Shown here piece after piece: positions 50,916 to 64,000 of a DNA stretch of 64,000 bases. How positions within the stretch are numbered: the first letter of the stretch is position 1; each line of letters starts with the position of its first letter. The notes under the pieces are model-generated. The model was given only the letters and a program-made list of their open reading frames with translations, did no database searches and was not told the DNA's origin. Source of the stretch: Octopus vulgaris (taxonomy: Eukaryota); contig OX597821.1 of NCBI GenBank assembly GCA_951406725.2, forward strand, positions 20,088,001 through 20,152,000, written 5' to 3'. The translations under genes were made by a program, and so were the position numbers.

Positions 50916-51954
50916 AACCATGGTACATGTATTGAGTAAGGAAGTTATAGTGGTGCCGTCGAGAAACGAACTGTAGAACTTCTGTAAAGCAATTCAGCAA
51001 ATTATTACTTCTGCCAATTTTGCAATCTGTATTAGTTTTTGTTTACTTGTTTAATACCATTTGAGAAATGGGGTACTATATTGTAGGGAATGGGTAGCAT
51101 AGGAGTACAGGGTGCTTTTATCTTCTCCAAGGGATTTTAGGAGAGCAATTTGACTTCTGCCGTTCGAAATCGCATGCGGGTCACCAACCCTCTCAATCCA
51201 GCAGCTTGCCAGTTATTTTAAATGGATCACCACTGCCGCAAAATCAATATTTCATACAAAAGGTATAATTTGTCAGAGACAAATCCATATTCTTTAAGCA
51301 ACACCAACCATGACCGAAGTTAGAATCCCGGAAAATTAAAACAAAAAATGTATAAAAGACAAGAGAAAACCAATTAAATGCAAGGAAAACAAAGAAAAAC
51401 CGACAAATAAAACTACAATAAGAATAATAATAAAAAGGTTTGACAACTTTATCAGTTCATTAGTAACACAAACACTAAAGATGCCTTTGATATTCCACGT
51501 GAAGGATGAGTTTTCTTTGACACCCACGGCACTTCAATGCTTCCTCTTTAATTAAATATCCTGCAACATCCATCAGCCGAAATTGGTTTCTTCCAATCAC
51601 TCCGTATTCCACATTTAATCTCCACCCGGCCCTTCCACACCAACACACGGACACGTACACACATACGCGCGTGCGCATACACACTCCACCTATACATAAA
51701 TACACTGGTATACACACACGTACCGATTAGCTAAAATTTATTTTATCTTCCATTTTCCTGACCCTGTAAACATGACATTTTCAACAAATCGTTTGACTCT
51801 CAAGTTCTCAATGTCTCCAGTTCGATTCTATTGTACTTTAATAGATAATATTTTCGTTAATTTTTAATTCTGCAATATTACATATTTTTCTCTTTTGCTT
51901 GGTTGATTCATTGACTGATTTTTGATTTTATTATTTTCAAAACTGTAGCTAAAT

Positions 51955-52142
51955 TCTTTTATTGGTTTTAGTCAGTTGACTGCAGCCATGCTGACGCAAC
52001 AGCTTTCGTGGAACAAATCGTCCCCAAGACTCCTAGTACTTATTCTATCGGTCTCTTTTACCGGACTGCTAATTTACGGGGACATAAACACACCAACATC
52101 AGTTGCCAAGCGATGGTGGGAGACAAACTCAGACACATAAAC

Positions 52143-52182
<40 letters not shown>

Positions 52183-52333
52183 GACGGAGTTCTTTCAGTT
52201 TCTGTCAACCAAATCCACTCATAATGCTTTGGTTGGCCCGAGGCTATAGTAGATGACACTTGCACAAGATGTCACACAGTGGGACTGAACCCGAGACCAT
52301 GTGGTTGCGAAGCAAGCTTCTTACCACACAGCA
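51955..52333 (-). mobile_element. SINE family A
   Basis: Collinear with 14477-14882. Confidence 0.82.
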
Positions 52334-55313
52334 AAGTCTACGTTTCACTAATTCTATTTGTTGATAATGTTACGGTACCAATGAAACAGACGCAGACATA
52401 CACACATGTTCGTTCATAACAATATCAGCGATATCTGTTTTGTGCAAAATACCGTATAAGAATTTTTCATAGCACTAGAATCCCTTCATACCCAATATTT
52501 GATCGAGGATTTTTTTTATAACCCACCTTAATGTTTGGAGGAATCAAACTAATATGAAAACCACAATTTAATTTGTATCTCAACGCATTCGCACACACTG
52601 TTATACACGCCAAGACAAGTTGACATACAAACAAGTAGATTGACAAAAAGACAAAAACTTAGAGAAAGTATGTGATTAGATAATGAGCATGTTTAAATTT
52701 GTTTCAATGCTAATGTACTTATGGTTTAAATTTAAAACGCTCAACAAGATACCAAAATATTTGTTCATTACTCTGCTTTCCATTTCCCCAATCCCTACCC
52801 CCCTCGCTCCTACTTCCACATCCTTATTTTCTCTCTCTGTTACGCCCTCAATCTCCAACTCTCTCATGCAAATAAACAGACAGAAGACAGTTACCAAATG
52901 GAGCTGGCTCACAACACAATAATTTCAAGACGCCTTTCTAAGAATTATATTATAAAAGAGCCTAACACCAAAATTATTTTTGAAATGTTTTCCACTCCGG
53001 CTTTGTTCTGGTTATCTTGCAACATCTACGTGAATATCGAACCAATGCTGAGCTCCGGAACTTCAACAAACAGAGCCTAATTTTTTCTGATCAACTACGT
53101 CTGATAATATTAAATTATACTTATTCTTCTTTCTCAAAAGTAACATTAGTTTGAAAATGGGTCGATAAGAGAAAATGGCTTTTGTGAAACTAAATGTGTG
53201 TGTATGCGCGCGCGCGTGTGAGCGTGTGTGTGTGTGTGTGTGTGCATGTATGTATATATGTATGTATATAAAAGTACGCACACATACAGACATATTCAGT
53301 AAACTTTTAGTGTGTGCCTGTAAACATGAATACTTACGTTCCGTTTTCGTATGTGTGTGTATGATCGGTCTTTCCGCATTTTTCTTTTAATTTCTCCTGA
53401 GGAAAATATCGATGCCGATTTCATAGTTGCTATGGAAGGGAGATAAATCACTTTCTTTGTGTTGCAATTAAATGAAATATTTCAATAATTACAATGAAAT
53501 AAAAGAAAACAAAAAAAATGAATTATTTTATTAAATCGATAATTTATCAAACCGTTATTCCAAAAATAATATTTGATGTTTCTCCTTTTTATCTATTTAT
53601 TTTATTTTATTTTATTTTATTTCATTTTATTTTTCTTTTGACTTACTGTCATAAACTATTGGATTCGGTACACGTAAACCCAAGCGCTGAAACGGTGACT
53701 GTATGAATGTATAGTTACGTTGCCTATATATGTCTATATCGTATACGTGTACATTACGCTCTGTAATTGTGTGCAGCGAGTTTATATATTGTTTTGAATT
53801 CTTATCCTTTTATAGCTACACTTTTCAAAATTGTACTTTAGGAGAAGTGTTGCTATGGTAACTTGTGTATGAAGTCAGCAACAATAATTCAATTGTGATA
53901 TTTACATATATGCAAAACGATAAGACATTCAAAATTGTACGAATACATTGGCACACGACGCGATGCCACTTACAACTGGTACGTTTACTTATTACCGCAA
54001 CTAGGACGTATAGACTGCTTCACCTAGCAGTTGAACTTCCTTTATTTCGATAATGTTGCTGATAACCCTCACCGATTTACTGGTGAAAAAGACTGAAATG
54101 CTATGAGTTCAAATTATTGCCGGACAGTGATGCGTATTTTATCCCTTGCAAACTTTGATTTTCCCGAGACACAAGTCGATGGGTAGCTCGCAGCATCTGA
54201 AATATTTCTATCAACGAAAGAGAGGAAATCGAAGCTTTTGGTTTAAATTTTGGCGCAGTGCCAGCAATTTGGTGGATGGGGTAAGTCGCGACCTCAGAAA
54301 AATGAAAGGTAAATCGACTGCTGCGGAATTCAAACTATGAATGCGGCTAAGCATTTTTCTCAGTGTGCTCTGCGAAACTGACAAATATTGAAAATAATCA
54401 CTTTTGCCGGACTACACTTCATATCGACGATGTTAGAAACGTTTTAATTATATTAATTATATTAGTTTTTTCAGCAGCCCAGCAGGATGATCGGTTACAG
54501 GCATAACAGAACATAATATGAAATCCTATTGAGCTGTGCTCTTCTCTACAACTACTACCCCGTAAAACTGTGCACGTATCTCTGCTGAAGTGAGGATCCA
54601 ATCTAATAAGAGGGTCCTACCGTCTAGTATAGTAGAAATCTGGGACATTCGAAAACTAGTACCCCTTTATGAACCCTTGTATAGCACGTCGGTTTTAAAT
54701 GTCGGCAACTACCCAATCTTAATTTCTACAGTTGATTAAGTAATCACATTTATTCAAATAATTCCGACATCAAAACAGATTTCTCCATTCCAGCATATTA
54801 GTACTTATACTGTCTATAACTGAGTATGAAAATGACATATTGGAAATTGTCATAACTGAAGCTGTTGTACTGCGTAAAGTTACAGCACGTGCTGATGGTG
54901 TCACCTGAGATGATCTGATTTCCAGACATGCCATTATAACTGGAAGAGTGCCTTGGAAAACGTTGGTGCCATTCAAACGAACGTTGGACGTATATACTTG
55001 CATCAATCAATGACGGTTAGATCATCCATATTTGAATACGCTGCAGTTAAGTTGAAGAGGTCAACAAGAATGTGGTGTGCCTAAAACGAAGCAGTTCCGC
55101 AAACCACAGGGATGGGCAACCAGCTTTAGCAATAATTCCTGTCATTCAAGTCATTCCAACTTTTTCATATTAGATTTATTTTAGATTAAAGTAGTAAAGC
55201 ACAATGGCAACAATACAATGCTATTTATATTTAAATAACATGGCATAATGTAATGCAAATTTTCATCTATGCGCGCGCAGACAAACACACACAAATGCTG
55301 ACATACTGTATTA

Positions 55314-55538
55314 TCCTTTTACTTGTTTCAGTATGTGGCCATACTAGAGTACCGTCTTGAAGGGTTTTAGTCGAACAAACCAACCCTAAAGCTTATGTTT
55401 TAAGCTTAGTACTCATCCTATAACTTTTTTATTTGCCGAATCGCGAAAATACGGTGACATACACACACCAATACCGGTTGTGTCAAGCGGTGATGAGGGG
55501 GATAAAAAAAGACACAATGACACGCACACACACAGATA

Positions 55539-55577
<39 letters not shown>

Positions 55578-55720
55578 GACGGAATTCTTTCAGTTTCCGT
55601 CTACCAAATCCACTCACTATAAACTCAACCCGAAGCTATAGTCGAAGGTGCAAAGGAGTAGGTATGCACCCGGAATTAAGTGACTGGAAAGCAAGCTTAT
55701 TATCCCATAGCCATACCTAC
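55314..55720 (-). mobile_element. SINE family A, diverged
   Basis: CTTTTACTTGTTTCAG..TTTCCGTCTACCAAATCCACTCAC. Confidence 0.72.
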
Positions 55721-56303
55721 ACCTATGTATGTACCAATTTATTTCAAACTGATTTGTAATATTCCAATAAATTCTTCAGTCTTATATTTTCTTGGCAATT
55801 CCATTCTTATTATAAGCTCTGCACTTCCTACCGAGATTTCACTTATTGTCATTGTAGAAATAACATCACTTAATGTCACTTAACACAAATAAATCATTAT
55901 GCACATTATATAATCTAACTGAAAAAAGGGATTGTTCTTTAGACATTACTGGAACTGCAGTCCCATCGTGTGACTGTAGAAGAACTTAAACTCTCGGCAA
56001 ACTACGTGCATTTCCGTCACCAACCGCATGAAGAATACTAATTAAATATCCAATGTAGCTGGTATTTCAGAAAACATTGTAAATTGTGTCAGAAACTATA
56101 ATCGATAATGTCATAGCTATTAATTATAATTGATTGGTTAATATTGATTAGTGTATTTAATGAGATTCGATCTCATTGACATGTCTGACATGGGTACTGG
56201 TGTAATATGATTGAGTATATTGGAGTAAAGGTCGGTGAGTTGGCATTGTAATACTAAACTATTATTGTAACTACTGGTAATTATATCGATAATAATAATT
56301 ATG

Positions 56304-56386
<83 letters not shown>

Positions 56387-56764
56387 AAGAAGAGTGATAA
56401 TAATAACAAAAATAATATTTTCTTTATTAGCTACAAGCCCTCGAAGAGAAGGAAGCACGACTTTTGCACTATGGTTTACAAAGAATAACGAGAAAACGTG
56501 GTGTACGAAAAATAATCAAGAAAAAGCACCTTTATAAATTAAGAGAAAACTAGAAGACATTATACACGATATGAAAGGCTATATTAATAATTTACACGCG
56601 CGCGCATGCACACACACATAGACACACACACTCACACACACAGACACACACACGTACACATATATATATATATAAAGTAAACAGAAAATGAAAATATGTT
56701 GATCAACAACAATTGACCTACATCAATTATTATTTTTCTATTCAATAGAAATAGACTGCATCTA

Positions 56765-56880
56765 TCTAACAGCTGTTTCTGCTTACAATATTATATTGTA
56801 TTGCCACTGATATGTTAAAAATGATATTCATCATATTTGGTACTTAAACTGGTCTGGAACATGGGGCTTCATCAGTGTGA
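56765..56880 (-). ncRNA. Decayed long-stem-II hammerhead-like motif in a probable solo pLTR (~56674-57060)
   Basis: Reverse complement CTGATGAAGC...GCAGAAACAGCTGTT; next to a (TA)n tract. Confidence 0.5.
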
Positions 56881-57069
56881 AGAAAATACATACATAAAAG
56901 AAAAAAAGAAGACCCTAGGGAGGAAAAAGAAAAGGCTGAATATGTGTAAATCAAGTTTCGAATGAATATGTATAATGACGATAGGGATGACTAGGGACCA
57001 TTGTGGTCGAGAGAATATTGGGATGTTAATTACTTGATTGAATGATGACGAAATTTATTACTGATATAG

Positions 57070-57351
57070 TAAAAATACTGACAGGATCTAGGATGCATCA
57101 CCCAAAATCCGACGTAGAAAGGCTATGTATACAACGTATAGAAGGTGATAAAGGCCTTATACAGCTGGAAAAATATTATAAAAGAACCACCACAGGACTG
57201 CAAAAATAACTAATTCAGAAGCAAGGAAAACTGATACAAATAACGGCAAAACACGAGCAAAACAATAAACAGTTCTCAGTATTCAAGGAAGCTGACAAAT
57301 ATAAACAAGAAATCATACCACCTAGCAAATATGAAGAGGAGGAGGAAGAAG

Positions 57352-57383
<32 letters not shown>

Positions 57384-58385
57384 GAAGAAGAAGAAGAAGA
57401 AGAAGAAGAAGAAGAAGAAGAAGAAAAGAAGAAGAAGAAGAAAAGAAGAAGAAGAAGGAGAAGAAAAAGAAAAAGAAAGAGTAGAAAAGAAAAAGAAAAA
57501 TTAAAAAGAATAAGAAAAAGAAAAAAAAGAAGAAAGAAGAAGAAGAAGAAACAACAACATCAAAAGCTATAAAACAAATGAAATCCAAACTAAAACTAGA
57601 ACAGCAACGGACCATGATAAAACGATGGCCAGAAAAGCTCCTTCATGGCTAATATTGGACTAGGCTAAATGCAAAAGAAATAGACAAAGAAAAATCCCAG
57701 CAATAGTTGAGAAGCTCAGGACTCAAAGCAGAGACGGAAGGATTTTTAGTTGCAGCACAAACCATAGCCTCCCCACCAGAAATTACCAAAAACTTATAAT
57801 AATGAAAAGAAACATAACAAATAACTGCAGAATATGTGGAGATGGACAAGAAACAATAAATCATATTATCTCTGGCTGCCCAGTCCTAGCTAAGAAGGAA
57901 TATATTCACAGACACGACAGAGTTGGGACCTACATACATTGGAAGCTATGTCAACATTATGGAATAACAACAGAAAAAAGATGGTATAAGCACACACCAG
58001 AAAAGGTCACAGAAAACGAGAAAGCAACCATACTCTGGGATATGCCAATACACACAGATAGAGAAATTAAGGCCAATAGGCCAGATATAGTTGTCAGAGA
58101 TCATGAAGAAAAAAATGCTTTCTAACTGATGTATCAATACCAGCAGATGACAACGTGTCTGTAAACGAAATGGAGAAACATTCAAATTACAAAGACCTGG
58201 AAATAGAAGTAACCAGAAAGTGGAATCTAAAAACAGAAACAATCCCTATCATAGTAGGCGCATTAGGTATGATAAAAAATATTCAAATGCATAACAAAAA
58301 CACCAGGACTTACAAACACATATAACATACAGAAACACATAGCTGTGCACAGTAGTAAAAGAAAAGCACGCTATAAAAATAAAAC
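57070..58385 (+). mobile_element. R4/Dong-type LINE fragment with internal (GAA)n expansion
   Basis: MHHPKSDVERL, GLKAETEGFLVAAQ, CRICGDGQETINHIISGC, ANRPDIVVRD. Confidence 0.88.
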
Positions 58386-58389
58386 TACC

Positions 58390-58434
<45 letters not shown>

Positions 58435-58586
58435 TAATATTGATAATGATAATAATAATGATAATAATAATGATAATAATGATAATAGTGATAATAATGA
58501 TAATAATAACAATATTAATAATAATAATATTAATAACAATATTAATAATATTAATATTAATAATATTAATAATAATAATAATAGTA

Positions 58587-58756
<170 letters not shown>

Positions 58757-58821
58757 AAGAAAAAGAAGAAGAAGAAGAAGAAGAAGAACAACAACAACAA
58801 CAACAAAAAAACAATAATAAT

Positions 58822-59520
58822 AACAGATTGAAAGCTTTTTAATTGCAGCACAAACCAAAGCCTTCTCAACAGAAATTACCAAAAACGCGTAAAGAAAAGA
58901 AGTACAAGTAACTGCAGACTATGTGGTGGTGGCGAAGAAACAATAAATCATATTCTGTCTGGCAGCCTAGTCGTATCTAAGAAGGAACATATTCACAGAC
59001 ATGGAATAACAACAGAAAGAACTATGGAATAACAATAGAAAGAAGATGGTATAGGCATACACCAGAAAAAGGTCCCAAAAACCGAGAAAGCAGCCATGGG
59101 AAATTCCAATAAAGAAATTAAGGCCAACAGGCCGGATATAGTTATCAGAGATCATCAAGGAAAAAATGCTTTCTAATTGATGTATCAATACCAAAGGATG
59201 ACAACCTTTTTCTAAAAGAAATGGAGAAATTTTCAAAATACGAAGACCAGAAACTAGAGGTAAATGGAATGTGGAGTCTAAAAACAGAAACACTTCGTAT
59301 CATAATAGGCGCATTAGATATGTTAAAAAAATATTCAGACAACTATATCTCCAAAATACAAGTACAGGCAGCATACAGAAAATAGCACTGCTAGTTGTCG
59401 CACACATCCTACGTAGAACACTTTCAATACAGTGAATATACGAGTATCACAACAAACCACAGCAGATACCCAAGATACACAGAGCTGCGCTCGGTAGTGC
59501 AGTGAAAGCACGTGATAAAC
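58822..59520 (+). mobile_element. Second R4/Dong-type LINE 3' fragment, same family as 57070-58385
   Basis: CRLCGGGEETINHILSG, ANRPDIVIRD, 3' UTR ending in (AAT)n. Confidence 0.85.
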
Positions 59521-59551
<31 letters not shown>

Positions 59552-59582
59552 TGATTATGATAGTAATAAATTATCATCATCT

Positions 59583-59634
<52 letters not shown>

Positions 59635-59921
59635 CATCATCATCATCATCATCATCATTATTGTTATTTTTATTATTATTGTTATTATTATTATTATTAT
59701 TATCATCATCACCATTAATGTTATTTTATTATTATTGTTATTTTTATTGTTATTATTATCCTCATCATCATTATTATTTTTATTATTATTGTTATTATTA
59801 TTGCTATTGTTATTGTTATTATTATTGTTATTGTTATTATTATTATTATTATCATTATTATCATTATTATTATTATTAGTAATAGTAGAAGTAGTAGTAG
59901 TAGAAGTAGTAGTAGTAGTAA

Positions 59922-59989
<68 letters not shown>

Positions 59990-60147
59990 TATAGTTCGAA
60001 GATAACGATAAAGGCGATTTCAGATAGCGACTATAGGTAGGTATATTTCATGTTGTTGAAAACAGCAGCAGAGTAAATGGTGAGGTTGTTGTCTATCTAT
60101 TTATCTATCTATCTATACATAGATACACACACACACATATATATAGA

Positions 60148-60198
<51 letters not shown>

Positions 60199-60743
60199 AG
60201 GATGAGAGAGAGAATGACATTCAGAAAGCAATATGTTTCTCACTGGATTTTCATCCCTTTCAACATTGAATTCAAACGAGAACGCTTTTATTTGCGTGTA
60301 TGATTGCATAAAGTCTGGGAATATGTTCATATTTGTAAGTGACCATATAAGATATATAACCGAATTTCCTACAAGTGAAGCGACAATTACTTAGAGATAA
60401 GTGAAAGAGATAAAAAGGGAGGTAGATATAGCGATAGAGAGAAGAAGAGGACACGGAGAGTAAGTTGTAAAAAGATAAACAGCTGTCTTCAACATTGATT
60501 CGTACTCACAAACCGGAAATTTAAAACTGCTGAACACATCAACTCGACTTTCGCTTTAAATAAATCTAAATAGATTATTCCACTTATATTCACATAGCAT
60601 ATGGAGCATCTCTATAACTACTACTTTCTATGGCACCAGAGCTAATGTGATACAAGCATACATAAATTTTATCCTATATATCTTTTTCGCCCACATATGT
60701 ATGTATCTATTTATCTATCTACATCGCATATCTCTCGCTCCTT

Positions 60744-60786
<43 letters not shown>

Positions 60787-60820
60787 CTATCTATCCATCT
60801 ATCTATCCATCTATCCATCC

Positions 60821-60932
<112 letters not shown>

Positions 60933-61396
60933 GAAACGTTTGGTAAATATACATATGTATGTGCGTGAGTGTGTGTGTATGTGTGTGTGTATTAGTGTTG
61001 GTTGATTTACATCCAGATCGATAGTATCTACTGCATATTGCGACATTACTCAAAATATATGGAACCATATTCAACGATGTTGACATTTATGATGACAGTC
61101 TACTTGCCAAACACGAGTCAATTTAAAACCCTGAAAAATTAGTTTAAACCACCATATATGAAAATAAATATCAGCTGTAGGATAGATCGTATTTCAACAA
61201 ACTGAATATATTTCTTTTTACCACGACTATCTTAAACTAACGAAACACTGCTGAATACATCACAGTTTCTGAGTGGATTTTGCACGGCATATTTTCTGAA
61301 TCTCCAACAATTAACGACAGAATAATAGTGAGTGAGCGAAAGAGAATGTTGATATGTAGTAGTTTCCGTGATGTCGATATATGTTGCTACCTCTCA

Positions 61397-61440
<44 letters not shown>

Positions 61441-61544
61441 GAAATATTGAACTCTGTTCAAAGTTTTCCGCGATACTGTTCAATTTAAGAAATAATGACA
61501 ATATGAACTATAGTAAATGTGCTACAAAAATTGAATTATACAAC

Positions 61545-63981
<2,437 letters not shown>

Positions 63982-64000
63982 GTTGTTGTTGTTTGTTCCT

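Noticed and set aside
54770-55010. Possible host exon (two short minus-strand ORFs in complex sequence)
   Set aside because: No recognisable domain or convincing splice pair.

Overview
AT-rich, microsatellite-dense metazoan DNA. The SINE families and repeat style suggest a cephalopod (Octopus-like), which is an inference. I see no recognisable host-gene exon; the window is almost all transposon. The dominant theme is Penelope-like elements (PLEs) and hammerhead-ribozyme (HHR)-bearing derivatives inserted into (TA)n tracts. These are: a 5'-truncated Neptune-type RT/GIY-YIG element with an inverted pseudo-LTR (883-3839); a 10.4-kb composite Neptune element with an intact RT-GIY-YIG frame fused in frame, through one TAG, to an upstream ORF1 (4014-14423); three non-coding foldback insertions built from pLTR sequence (14905-15183, 21645-23396, 28281-29434); and a 404-nt retrozyme-like unit with a canonical HHR (23949-24503). 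About a dozen HHR-like motifs from at least eight families were read by eye. Also present: R4/Dong-type LINE fragments in (AAT)n tracts, non-autonomous Helitrons, a Chapaev3-type transposon, Tc1/mariner elements and many tRNA-derived SINEs. Most short ORFs in the track are microsatellite artefacts.
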